Under the pieces are notes generated by a model. It did not search any database. It saw nothing but the letters and a program-made list of their open reading frames with translations, and had not been told where the DNA came from. Shown piece by piece: positions 1-9,863 of a stretch of 32,000 nt of DNA. The stretch is from Candidatus Saccharimonadota bacterium. Its GTDB lineage: Bacteria; Pseudomonadota; Gammaproteobacteria; Enterobacterales; Enterobacteriaceae. A program made the position numbers and the translations under genes. The stretch spans positions 90,001-122,000 of the forward strand of contig NZ_OZ060402.1 in assembly GCF_964059045.1 (NCBI RefSeq), read 5' to 3'. How positions within the stretch are numbered: the first letter of the stretch is position 1; each line of letters begins with the position of its first letter.

Positions 1-1
1 A

Positions 2-442
2 AATTTAAAGCAATTAAATTATTCTAATATTAATATCAAAAATATTTTTCGTGGAGGTTATATAGTAAAAAAATCTATTGATCCTATTAATATAATTTTA
101 ATTTCAACTGGATCAGAATTAGAACTATCTCTAAAAGTATTTGATAAATTAGAAATTTTAAAATATTCAGTTCAATTAATATCTATGCCATCTTGTGATG
201 TATTTGATAAACAAGATGTATATTATAAAGATTTAGTTTTACCAAAAATTATTAAAAAACGTGTTGTTATTGAAGCTGGAGTAACCAATGGTTGGTATAA
301 ATATATTGGTTTAAATGGTATTGCAATTGGTGTAAATAATTTTGGCGAATCTGCACCAGCTGAAAAATTATTTTTAAAATTTGGATTTACAGTTGATTCT
401 ATAGTAAATAAAATACAAAAATTATTTTTTGATAAAAAATAA
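2..442 (+). CDS. tkt: Transketolase, C-terminal fragment (5' part lies upstream of the window)
   Basis: Frame 2 is open from position 2 (hand translation NLKQLNYSNINIKNIFRGGYIVKK...STGSELELSL...ISMPSCDVFDKQD...FGESAPAEKLFLKFGFTVDSIV). It aligns by eye with the C-terminal domain of E. coli TktA/TktB (GGYVL, ATGSEVELAV, VSMPSTDAFDKQD, FGESAP, FGFTV). The tracked ORF 185-442 is only the part after an internal Met. Confidence 0.92.
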   Translation, partial: NLKQLNYSNINIKNIFRGGYIVKKSIDPINIILISTGSELELSLKVFDKLEILKYSVQLISMPSCDVFDKQDVYYKDLVLPKIIKKRVVIEAGVTNGWYKYIGLNGIAIGVNNFGESAPAEKLFLKFGFTVDSIVNKIQKLFFDKK

Positions 443-469
443 TAATTATTATTAAAGATATTTGTTTTA

Positions 470-525
470 AATTTAAATTAAAATTCTTTGGGGTATTTTA
501 TACCCCGATTATTTTAATTTAAATT
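470..525 (+). terminator. Intrinsic terminator-like hairpin downstream of tkt
   Basis: GC-containing stem ggggtat(490-496)/atacccc(500-506) with a ttt loop, followed by U-rich gattattttaattt. It is nested inside a second perfect 15-nt inverted repeat, aatttaaattaaaat (470-484) / attttaatttaaatt (511-525). It lies 28 nt after the tkt stop. Confidence 0.6.
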
Positions 526-699
526 AATATTTTTATATTTGATTTCTATTAATTATTATTTAAAAATTATTATTTGTATTTTTATATTGATAAAAAATAT
601 TTTTTTGACAAATTATATTTGTTGTTTTTAATTTAAATTATATTTCTATATATAATATTTATTTGTTATTCATACAAATTGTAAAAGGAATATTTTTAT

Positions 700-1827
700 A
701 TGTTATGTCCAGTATTGGATTTAACTAAAAATTTAGTTAAAATCCCTTCTATTAGTCCTTTAGATTTAGGTTGTCAAAAGATTATTAGTCAGAGATTAAA
801 TGCATTAGGTTTTAGAATTGAAAATGTAAAAATTAATAATACTACAAATATTTGGGCTGAGAGGGGTATTGGAAAGACATTAACTTTTTTAGGACATACA
901 GATGTGGTTTCCCCTGGTAATTTAAATCAATGGAATACTGATCCTTTTTCCCCAGTAGTTATTGATAAAAAATTATTTGGGAGAGGGGTGGCTGATATGA
1001 AAGGTGCTATAGCAGCTATGATTGTAGCGGTAGAGCGTTTTTTATTTAATTATCCTAATCATCAAGGAAGATTATCATTTATTATTACTTCTGATGAAGA
1101 ATCTAGTGCTTTAGATGGTACTGTAAAAGTAGTAAATATGTTACATAATAGAGGAGAAAAAATTGATTATTGTTTAGTAGGAGAACCTTCTAGTATGAAT
1201 ATTTTAGGTGATACGATTAAAAATGGACGAAGAGGTTCGATCAGTGCACGTTTATTAATAAATGGAATTCAAGGACATATTGCTTATCCACAATTAGCAA
1301 AAAATCCTATTCATTTGTCTTTGCCTTTTTTATCTCATTTAAATAATTTTGTTTGGGATTGTGGTAATTGTTTTTTCCCTTCTACTAGCATGCAAATATA
1401 TAAAATACAGGCAGGTACAGGATTTAATAATATTATTCCTGGTGAATTATTGATTGAATTTAATTTTCGTTTTAGTACTGAAATTACAGTAGAGAAAATT
1501 AAAAGTGAAGTCAAAAAAATGTTAAAAATTTATAATTTAAATTATTCAATTGAATGGTTTTTATCAGCTAGACCATTTTTAACTAAACAATCAAAATTAA
1601 TTGATCAAACCATTAATGCAATTCAATCTCATATAGATATTGTTCCTGTTTTATCTACAGATGGAGGTACTTCTGACGGTAGATTTTTATCAGAAATAGG
1701 TGTAGAAGTAGTAGAATTAGGTTTGGTAAATTCTACTATTCATCAGGTCAATGAATGTGTTAATATTGATGATTTAAAAAAATTAAGTATTATATATGAA
1801 GATATTATGAATAAATTATTTGTTTAA
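700..1827 (+). CDS. dapE: Succinyl-diaminopimelate desuccinylase
   Basis: 375-aa ORF collinear with E. coli DapE ([20 protein letters not shown] vs MLCPVLDLTKNLVKIPSISP). HTDVV, GRGxADMKG, GEPSS and NECV motifs are present. AGGA lies at 686-689, 10 nt before the ATG. Confidence 0.96.
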   Translation: MLCPVLDLTKNLVKIPSISPLDLGCQKIISQRLNALGFRIENVKINNTTNIWAERGIGKTLTFLGHTDVVSPGNLNQWNTDPFSPVVIDKKLFGRGVADMKGAIAAMIVAVERFLFNYPNHQGRLSFIITSDEESSALDGTVKVVNMLHNRGEKIDYCLVGEPSSMNILGDTIKNGRRGSISARLLINGIQGHIAYPQLAKNPIHLSLPFLSHLNNFVWDCGNCFFPSTSMQIYKIQAGTGFNNIIPGELLIEFNFRFSTEITVEKIKSEVKKMLKIYNLNYSIEWFLSARPFLTKQSKLIDQTINAIQSHIDIVPVLSTDGGTSDGRFLSEIGVEVVELGLVNSTIHQVNECVNIDDLKKLSIIYEDIMNKLFV

Positions 1828-1948
1828 ATTATTTTAATAAGATTTATTTTAACGTGAATTGATTTAAATGAAATTTATTTTTATTGATAAATGTTTTTAA
1901 TATGCATTTAATAATATAAATATTTTATGATTTTAAAACTATTTAGCT

Positions 1949-1971
1949 CAGAGTATCATGCAGATACTCTG
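1949..1971. terminator. Candidate bidirectional terminator hairpin between convergent dapE and dapA
   Basis: Perfect 9-bp stem cagagtatc(1949-1957)/gatactctg(1963-1971) with loop atgca and 4 G:C pairs, in an otherwise G/C-poor spacer. T-runs follow on both strands but are 6-10 nt away, so it is not canonical. Confidence 0.35.
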
Positions 1972-2204
1972 GATGAAATTTTTAAAAAACAATTAGTTGA
2001 TTTTATAAAAAAATATATTTTGAAATTTAAAATTAATTATTTATGATTTTCTATGAAATTTTTATATTTAATTAATATTAACTTGTTTAAATGAATGAAT
2101 TTTGATTTTTCAATAATATTAATAATTAAAATATTATTTATAATATTTTTAATGTTGGATTTAATAATTTTGATATTTTATTTTAATTTATTGAAAAACA
2201 TTTT

Positions 2205-3089
2205 TTATTGTTTATATATAATTGATTTTTTAAATATTTTTTCTAATTTTTTTCTATTTGAATATGATACTGGTGTCATAGGGAGTCTTAAAGAATTGTA
2301 TTGAATTAAATTAAGTTTTTTGGCAATCCATTTTACAGGAATAGGATTGGATTCAATGAATAAATGTTGATGTAATGGCATTAATTTTTGATTAATTTTT
2401 TGCGCTTCAGTAAAATTACCATTTAATGCTAATTGGCACATATCTTGCATTTCTTTTGCTGCTATATTTGCAGTTACTGATATAACTCCTTTTCCTCCTA
2501 AATTTATAAAATCTAATGCTGTAGCATCGTCACCACTAATAAGAACAAAATTTTTATTTACTTTTAATTTAATTTGATTAACTCTTGATAAATCACCAGT
2601 TGCTTCTTTTATTCCAATAATATTTTTTAATTTTGACAATTTTATAACAGTTTTTGGAAGTAAATCACAACCAGTTCTAGATGGTACATTGTATAATATT
2701 TGAGGTAATGATGTATTTTCTGAAATCGCTTTAAAGTGTTGATATAGCCCTTCTTGAGTTGGACGATTGTAATAAGGAGTTACAGTTAAGCACCCTATGA
2801 TTCCTGTATTTTCAAATTTTTTTGTCAATAAAATACTTTCTGTGGTAGCATTAGCTCCTGTTCCAGCAATTATTGGAATTTTCCCATCAGCTATTTCTAA
2901 TGTAAGCATAATTACATATTGATGTTCATGTTGGTTTAATGTAGCAGATTCTCCTGTAGTACCTACAGAAATAATTGCTGATGTGCCATTTTTAATATGA
3001 TAATTAATTAATTTTTTTAAACTAGATTTACAAATTTGTCCTTTTTCGTTCATTGGTGTAATTAATGCAACCATGCTGCCTGTAAACAT
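2205..3089 (-). CDS. dapA: 4-hydroxy-tetrahydrodipicolinate synthase
   Basis: The ORF aligns with E. coli DapA from MFTGS(I/M)VA(I/L)(V/I)TPM. GTTGES and the active-site Lys context IGIKEATGD are present. I prefer the ATG at 3089 (homology to the E. coli N-terminus; GGA-rich tAGGAtGGAa just upstream) over the tracked ATG at 3101, which adds MEYI. Confidence 0.95.
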   Translation of the reverse strand: MFTGSMVALITPMNEKGQICKSSLKKLINYHIKNGTSAIISVGTTGESATLNQHEHQYVIMLTLEIADGKIPIIAGTGANATTESILLTKKFENTGIIGCLTVTPYYNRPTQEGLYQHFKAISENTSLPQILYNVPSRTGCDLLPKTVIKLSKLKNIIGIKEATGDLSRVNQIKLKVNKNFVLISGDDATALDFINLGGKGVISVTANIAAKEMQDMCQLALNGNFTEAQKINQKLMPLHQHLFIESNPIPVKWIAKKLNLIQYNSLRLPMTPVSYSNRKKLEKIFKKSIIYKQ

Positions 3090-4128
3090 TATATATTCCA
3101 TCCTAAAAGTTTTACGGTATATTTAATAAATACAAACAAGATATTATATATTATGATAAAAATCATGTTTGATCTGTAATAAAAAGTTTTAATATATAAA
3201 GATATAAAATTATAATTTTTATATTGTTTAAATTATATATTTTATAAAAAATTAACATTTAATATTTTTAAATTTTTTATATTTTTAAAAAATATTATTT
3301 TTGATAGAATTTATTTTTGATTGAAGTAATAATTATTAATATTTTAAACAAATAATTAAATAAATAATTAAATATAATTTATTCAACAGTATTTTTCATT
3401 AATTTTTATTTGATTAAATATACATTCATTTAATTTATTTTTATATTAATATAAAATAATAAAAATATATTTTTTTGTTTTTTTATATTTAATGTTGTAT
3501 TGAATATGAAAATATTTAATAATAAATATTATTTATAAAAAAATAAAATAATGGTATAATATCATCCAAATTGTTTGTTTTGTATTATGATATTTTACTA
3601 TTATATTTTTAGATAAAAAATAATTAATTTATTTTTTATTTGTAATGAATAATCCTTATTTTTAAATTTTATAATGTAATTAATTGGATTCAATGGATAA
3701 TTTTTTTATTTTATTGAATTTGAATTATAATAATTGTTACAGTTCTATTTTAAAAATTATTTTTTTTTTAGAATTTAAATATCATATTAAATTTTATTTT
3801 TAAAATTATTCATTAATGAAAATTTTTATAATATTTATTTATAAAATATATAAAAACATTACTAGAATAATTTTTATGAATTATATTCTATAAAAAAATA
3901 AAAAGGTTTATTATTTGTTGAATATATAATTATTATATGATTTGCAATTATTAAAAATAAATAAATTTAAAATCAGTATGGATAGCATGGTAGCTCTATA
4001 GTTATTTTAAAATTATTTTATATATAACAATAATATAAAATTTTATAAATATATTAAATTATCTATTATTTAATTTTTATTTTTAAATATAATTCAACGT
4101 TTTAATAAAAATGAATAATTTATTTTGT

Positions 4129-5190
4129 TTAATCTTGACATTGTGCTCGATGTCTCAATATATGATCCATTATAACTATGGCCATCATTGATTCTACAAT
4201 AGGTACAGCTCTAATACCTACACAAGGATCATGTCTTCCATGAGTAATGATACTTTGGTTTTTTTGGTTATGATCAATAGTATCTCCTGGTATTTTTATA
4301 CTAGAAGTTGGTTTAAATGCAGTTCTTGCAATAATATTTTCTCCATTACTAATACCACCTAAAATACCTCCTGAATGATTACTTTTAAATTTATTATCTT
4401 TCATTAAATCTCGATGGTAGCTACCCAATTGATTAATTACTGCAAATCCATCTCCTATTTCTACTCCTTTTACAGCATTAATACTCATGAGAGCATGTGC
4501 TATATCTGCATCTAATCGATCGAATACCGGTTCTCCTAACCCAACTGGTACATTTTCAGCGATAACTGTAATTTGAGCTCCTATAGAATCACCTTTTTTT
4601 ATAATATTTTTTATTAATGTTTTTAATAATGGTATTTTTTCTGGATCCGGTGAAAAAAATGGATTCGTTTCTACATTTTCCCATGATTTTAATTGACAAA
4701 TAATATCACCTAATTGTGATAAATAAGCACGAATTAGAATTCCATATTTAAGATTTAAATATTTTTTAGCTATAGCACCAGCTGCTACTCTCATTGTAGT
4801 TTCTCTAGCAGATGCTCTACCTCCTCCTCGGTAATCTCTAATACCATATTTTTTTTGATATGTATAATCTGCATGTCCAGGACGATATATGTATTGAATT
4901 TTTTTGTAATCTTGAGAACGATGATCATGATTATTAATAGTTAACCCAATACTAGTACCTGTTGTTTTTCCATTGAAGATTCCTGATAGAATTGTAACTT
5001 TGTCTAATTCACGTCTTGCTGTAGTATATTTTGAAGTCCCTGGTTTTCTTCTATTTAGTTCATTTTGTAAATCTGTATTTGATAGTTCTAAACCTGGAGG
5101 TACTCCATCTATAATACATCCTAATGCTTTCCCATGAGATTCACCAAAAGTAGTAACACGAAACATTTTTCCAATACTATTTCCAGGCAT
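4129..5190 (-). CDS. aroC: Chorismate synthase
   Basis: 353-aa [23 protein letters not shown]..., collinear with E. coli AroC ([20 protein letters not shown]). AAGGA lies 7 nt upstream of the ATG on the minus strand. Confidence 0.97.
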   Translation of the reverse strand: MPGNSIGKMFRVTTFGESHGKALGCIIDGVPPGLELSNTDLQNELNRRKPGTSKYTTARRELDKVTILSGIFNGKTTGTSIGLTINNHDHRSQDYKKIQYIYRPGHADYTYQKKYGIRDYRGGGRASARETTMRVAAGAIAKKYLNLKYGILIRAYLSQLGDIICQLKSWENVETNPFFSPDPEKIPLLKTLIKNIIKKGDSIGAQITVIAENVPVGLGEPVFDRLDADIAHALMSINAVKGVEIGDGFAVINQLGSYHRDLMKDNKFKSNHSGGILGGISNGENIIARTAFKPTSSIKIPGDTIDHNQKNQSIITHGRHDPCVGIRAVPIVESMMAIVIMDHILRHRAQCQD

Positions 5191-5635
5191 TATTTATTCC
5201 TTAATTTATTTTAATAAAAAAATTAATATAATATAGGATTTTAAAAAAATATTTTATAAATGTTTATTGATATATTAATATTAATTGTTTTTTGTTTTGA
5301 CGTTTTTTCAAAAATAAAAATTATGATATATTTTATATGTTTTAAAAAATATATTCTATCATTTATAAATATATATATTAATTATAAAATATATATAATT
5401 ATGTATTTTATTTTTATAAAATTATTTTTTTAAATTTATAATAAATTATTGTTTTTAATAATATCGTAATTTGTTTTAAAAAAAATTAAGATATTATTAT
5501 ATAGAATATCTTTTTATATTTTTTAAAATAAATTATTTTTTTTAGAACATCTCCTTATTTTTAACATTTTATATTGAATTATTTCATAAAAATTGATTAT
5601 TTTATTAAATAATTTTTTATTATTTTTGGATTATT

Positions 5636-6163
5636 ATGAATAAAAAAACTATGGTTTCATTAGATGAAAATTTAATTTTCCGACAGTGGTTAGGAGAAAC
5701 ACGTAAAATTAAACAAGATAAAATTTTTCAAGGGAAAATTTTAAAAAAACATCAAAATAAATTATTTAAAAAAAAATTATCAGAACAATCGGCACATAGC
5801 CATTATTTTTCTTGTTTTAATGCATCTTGTTTGTTTGTAGAAAATCCTATTTGTTATGTTCGTCATGATGTTAATTTTAATGAATTAAAAAAATTAAAAT
5901 TGGGTAAATATATTCCAGAAATGGTATTAGATTTACATGGTTTAACACAAAATCAAGCAAAAAAAGAATTAGGTAATTTATTTTTAATTTGTCAAAAAGA
6001 AAATTTTTCTTGTATTTGTATCATTCATGGTCATGGGAAAAATATATTAAAAAAACAAATTCCTTTTTGGTTGTTACAACATCCTTGGATTAAAGCATTT
6101 CATGTAGCACCTAAAAGATTTGGTAGTAATGCGGCAATTGTTGTATTAATCGAAATGAATTAA
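5636..6163 (+). CDS. smrB: Smr-domain ribosome-rescue endonuclease SmrB (YfcN)
   Basis: 175-aa ORF collinear with E. coli SmrB/YfcN (FRQ..GTRKIKQD, SHYFS, LDLHGLTQ.QAK.ELG, HGHGK.ILK...P.WL.QHP...AFH.AP...G..AA..VLIE). DLHG and HGHG Smr motifs are retained. Confidence 0.88.
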   Translation: MNKKTMVSLDENLIFRQWLGETRKIKQDKIFQGKILKKHQNKLFKKKLSEQSAHSHYFSCFNASCLFVENPICYVRHDVNFNELKKLKLGKYIPEMVLDLHGLTQNQAKKELGNLFLICQKENFSCICIIHGHGKNILKKQIPFWLLQHPWIKAFHVAPKRFGSNAAIVVLIEMN

Positions 6164-6562
6164 AAAATAATTTTTATTATTATCTTTGTTATGAGAATTT
6201 TTTACTATATGCATTCATTTTAATGAATATAGATAAAAATATTTTTATATTTTAAAAAAAAATATTATATATTACTATAATAAATACAAATTTTATATCA
6301 GAATAATATTGATAAAAATTTAATCATGGTTTTCATAATTTTTTAAAATTAATTTTTAAAAAATATTTCAATATTTATGTTTTATATAATTTTTCAATAT
6401 TTTTATATTTTTATAAATAAAATTAAATAATTATTTATTTTTTTATTTTTTTTATTTTTGATTATTATTTAATCAAATTATTATAATTTTTAATATTAAA
6501 TTTATATTAAAAATTATCAATGATAATCATCCAATTATTAATTATATATATAGGTTTATAAA

Positions 6563-7462
6563 ATGGTTCATAATAATCGGTTACGAATAGCTATACAGAA
6601 ATCAGGTCGTTTAAGTGATGATTCAAAAACATTATTAAAGTGTTGTGGAATTAAAATTAATTTAGATCAACAAGGTTTAATTGCTTGTTCTGAAAATATG
6701 TTTATTGATGTTATGAGAGTACGTGATGATGATATTCCAGGATTAGTTATGGATGGTGTAGTAGAATTAGGAATTGTTGGAAAAAATGTTTTAGAAGAAT
6801 GTGTTTTATTTCGCCAATCACAAAATAAAGAATCATTATATAATATTTTATGTCAATTAGATTTTGGTATTTGTCGTTTGTCATTAGCAGTTCCAGTAGA
6901 TAAACAATATATAAGTTTACAATGTTTGAATAATACTCGTATAGCTACTTCTTATCCTTATTTATTGAAAAAATATTTAGATAAAAAAAATATTATTTTT
7001 AAATCTTTTTTATTGAATGGATCAGTAGAAGTAGCTCCTCGTGCAGGTTTAGCAGATGTAATCTGTGATTTAGTATCTACAGGTGGAACATTAGAAGCTA
7101 ATGGTTTAAGAGAAGTTGAAGTAATTTATAATTCTAATGCCTGTTTAATTTGTAGAACTGGCCATATTTCAGAATTTAAAAAAAATATTATTAATAAATT
7201 AATAATACGTATACAAGGAGTAATTACCGCCAGAGAATCGAAATATATTATGTTACATGCACCTAGTAATAAGTTAGATGATGTGATGTCTTTATTACAT
7301 GGTGCAGAACGCCCTACTATATTAAAATTAGTAGGTGATGAATCTCGAGTAGTTATGCATATGGTTAGTAGAGAAAGTATTTTTTGGGAGACTATGGAAA
7401 AATTAAAATCTTTAGGTGCTAGTTCAATTTTAGTTTTACCAATAGAAAAAATGATGGAGTAA
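6563..7462 (+). CDS. hisG: ATP phosphoribosyltransferase (long form)
   Basis: 299 aa, the same length as E. coli HisG. Strongly similar throughout ([80 protein letters not shown]). Confidence 0.98.
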   Translation: MVHNNRLRIAIQKSGRLSDDSKTLLKCCGIKINLDQQGLIACSENMFIDVMRVRDDDIPGLVMDGVVELGIVGKNVLEECVLFRQSQNKESLYNILCQLDFGICRLSLAVPVDKQYISLQCLNNTRIATSYPYLLKKYLDKKNIIFKSFLLNGSVEVAPRAGLADVICDLVSTGGTLEANGLREVEVIYNSNACLICRTGHISEFKKNIINKLIIRIQGVITARESKYIMLHAPSNKLDDVMSLLHGAERPTILKLVGDESRVVMHMVSRESIFWETMEKLKSLGASSILVLPIEKMME

Positions 7463-7469
7463 TATTTTT

Positions 7470-8765
7470 ATGTTAGATAATATTTTTTTTTGGAATAAGA
7501 TTGATGCAATAACAAGAAAAAAAATTTTATTGCGTCCTGTCGCACGTGATCAAAAATTAATTCGTACTACTGTAAAAAAAATTATTAGTGATGTTATCAA
7601 TTTTGGAGATGATGCATTATTAAAATATACTGAATTATTTGACAAAAAGAAAATAATTTCATTTAAAGTTAGTGAAAAAAAAATCTTTCAATCTTTTAAA
7701 AAAATGAGTATCAATTTTAAAAATGCTGTTCTTCATGCAAAAAGAAATATTGAAATTTTTCATAAAGCTCAAGTTAATCCCTTTATAGACATAGAAACTC
7801 AGTCTGGTGTGAATTGTAAACAAATTATTGTACCTATTAATTCTGTAGGATTATATATACCAGGTGGTTCTGCTTCTTTGTTTTCTACGGTTTTAATGTT
7901 AAGTATTCCAGCTATTATTGCTGGTTGTAAAAAAATTATATTATGTTCACCTCCTCCTATTTCAGATGAAATATTATCTGTTGCATACATTTGTAATATA
8001 TTTGATATATATCAGATAGGAGGTTCTCAAGCTATAGCAGCTATGGCTTTTGGAACTGATAGTATTCCTAAAGTGAATAAAATTTTTGGTCCAGGTAATG
8101 CATATGTAACTGAAGCTAAATTACAAGTGAGTCAAATGTTATCAGGGGCTGGAATTGATATGCTTGCTGGTCCTTCAGAAATTTTAATTATTGCAGATGA
8201 TTTTGCTAATCCTGATTTTATTGCTTCTGATTTATTATCACAAGCTGAACATGGAGCTGATTCACAGGTAATTTTATTAACTCCGAGTTTAAAAATAGTA
8301 AAATCAGTGATTAAATCTATTCAAAAACAATTAAATAAACTATCTCGAATAAATATTTTATTAGAATCATTAAAGAATAGTATTTTTATTATTACTAAAG
8401 ATTTATTGGAATGTGTTTTTATATCTAATTTATATGGACCTGAACATTTAATTATTCAAACAAATAATTTTAAAGATTTAATTGCTCATATAAATAATGC
8501 AGGATCAATATTTTTAGGTCCTTGGTCACCAGAATCAGTTGGTGATTATGCATCTGGAACTAATCATGTTTTACCAACATATGGTTATACTTCTAGATGT
8601 TCTGGATTAGGATTAATAGATTTTCAAAAACGTATTACAGTCCAAGAATTAACTTCTTCTGGTTTATTAAATTTATCTTCAACTGTAACATTATTAGCAG
8701 AATTTGAAAAAATGGAAGCACATAAAAATGCTGTTTTAATACGTTTAAAAAAATTACAGGAATAA
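7470..8765 (+). CDS. hisD: Histidinol dehydrogenase
   Basis: 431-aa ORF collinear with E. coli HisD (VGLYIPGGSA.LFSTVLML, GCKK..LCSPPPI.DEIL, KIFGPGNA.VTEAK, LLSQAEHG.DSQVILLTP, YGPEHLIIQT, GDYASGTNHVLPTYGYT). Confidence 0.98.
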   Translation: MLDNIFFWNKIDAITRKKILLRPVARDQKLIRTTVKKIISDVINFGDDALLKYTELFDKKKIISFKVSEKKIFQSFKKMSINFKNAVLHAKRNIEIFHKAQVNPFIDIETQSGVNCKQIIVPINSVGLYIPGGSASLFSTVLMLSIPAIIAGCKKIILCSPPPISDEILSVAYICNIFDIYQIGGSQAIAAMAFGTDSIPKVNKIFGPGNAYVTEAKLQVSQMLSGAGIDMLAGPSEILIIADDFANPDFIASDLLSQAEHGADSQVILLTPSLKIVKSVIKSIQKQLNKLSRINILLESLKNSIFIITKDLLECVFISNLYGPEHLIIQTNNFKDLIAHINNAGSIFLGPWSPESVGDYASGTNHVLPTYGYTSRCSGLGLIDFQKRITVQELTSSGLLNLSSTVTLLAEFEKMEAHKNAVLIRLKKLQE

Positions 8766-8768
8766 ATA

Positions 8769-9863
8769 ATGAATTTTGACATTAAATGTTTAGTACGTGA
8801 AAGAATTTTAAAAATGATACCTTATCAATCAGCAAGACGTTTAGGAGGACATGGAAATATATGGTTAAATGCTAATGAATTACCTATTAGTACTGAATTA
8901 AAACTAAAACATCATAATTTAAATCGTTATCCTGATTTTCAACCTTGTGATGTTATTGTTAAATATGCCGATTATGTAAATTGTCAAACTGATCAGATTT
9001 TAGTTTTACGTGGTGCTGATGAAGGAATTGAATTATTAATTCGAGCTTTTTGTGAACCAGGATTAGACGCTATAATTTCTTGCCCACCTACATATGATAT
9101 GTATGGTATTTGCGCAGAAATTTTTGGTGTTAAAAATAAACAATGTAATACTAAAACGAATTGGAATTTAAATTTATTACAAATATTATCCAATTTAAAT
9201 CAGGTAAAATTAATTTATATTTGTAATCCTAATAATCCTACCGGTAATATTATTGATATTTCTGATATAAAATACTTATTAAAAATGACATTGAATAAAG
9301 CTTTAGTGGTGATAGATGAAGCTTATATTGAATTTTCAAATCAATATACTGCAGTATCTTTGCTTTCTATTTTTCCTAATATAGTTATTCTAAGAACTTT
9401 ATCTAAAGCATTTGGTTTGGCGGGATTAAGGTGTGGATTTATTATCGCTCATCCTGAAGTTATCAAAGTTTTATCTAAAATATTAGCACCTTATCCTTTA
9501 TCTAGTCCAGTAATTGAAATTGCATCGATAGCTTTGCAAAAGAATAATATTCAATTAATGAAAAACCGTGTTTTAGAATTAATTGAAAATAAAAATTGGT
9601 TATCTCATGAATTAAAAAAAATTAAAATTATTGAACATGTTTTTAAAAGTTTTGCAAATTATATTTTAGTAAAATTTTTTTATCCTGAATTAGTATTTAA
9701 TTTTTTAATTAAAAAAGGGATTGTATTAAGAAATCAAAATACAAAATTATATTTATCAGGTTGTATTAGAATTTCTATAGGAACTCGTTTCGAATGTTTA
9801 GAATTGTTGAAATCTTTGAAAGAATTATCTTACATGGAAATAGATAAATATGATAAATCATAA
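8769..9863 (+). CDS. hisC: Histidinol-phosphate aminotransferase
   Basis: 364-aa ORF in the his operon position. Class-II aminotransferase features are present (NANE.P, RYPD.QP, NPNNPTG, LRTLSKAFGLAGLRCGF with the PLP-Lys context). It starts 3 nt after the hisD stop. Confidence 0.96.
   Translation: MNFDIKCLVRERILKMIPYQSARRLGGHGNIWLNANELPISTELKLKHHNLNRYPDFQPCDVIVKYADYVNCQTDQILVLRGADEGIELLIRAFCEPGLDAIISCPPTYDMYGICAEIFGVKNKQCNTKTNWNLNLLQILSNLNQVKLIYICNPNNPTGNIIDISDIKYLLKMTLNKALVVIDEAYIEFSNQYTAVSLLSIFPNIVILRTLSKAFGLAGLRCGFIIAHPEVIKVLSKILAPYPLSSPVIEIASIALQKNNIQLMKNRVLELIENKNWLSHELKKIKIIEHVFKSFANYILVKFFYPELVFNFLIKKGIVLRNQNTKLYLSGCIRISIGTRFECLELLKSLKELSYMEIDKYDKS

Noticed and set aside
2095-2304. 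69-aa plus-strand ORF (MNFDFSIILIIKILFIIFLML...)
   Set aside because: It has an I/L/F/N low-complexity composition typical of random reading of A/T-rich DNA. Its last 100 nt overlap the well-supported dapA 3' end on the opposite strand, and it has no Shine-Dalgarno sequence.
3552-3560. Extended -10 promoter-like TGgTATAAT on the plus strand in the dapA-aroC spacer
   Set aside because: TATAAT-like hexamers occur constantly by chance in DNA that is about 90% A+T. No downstream plus-strand gene exists and no -35 element is evident. I kept it only as a remark in the spacer finding.
7799-7990. 63-aa minus-strand ORF inside hisD. The same class covers 8993-9193 (hisC), 11139-11336 (hisH), 11791-11976 (hisA), 23426-23629 (alternate frame of rsxC), and 29234-29497 and 29318-29500 (ydiK region)
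   Set aside because: All lie entirely within, or out of frame with, well-supported conserved genes. They are short and have no independent support.
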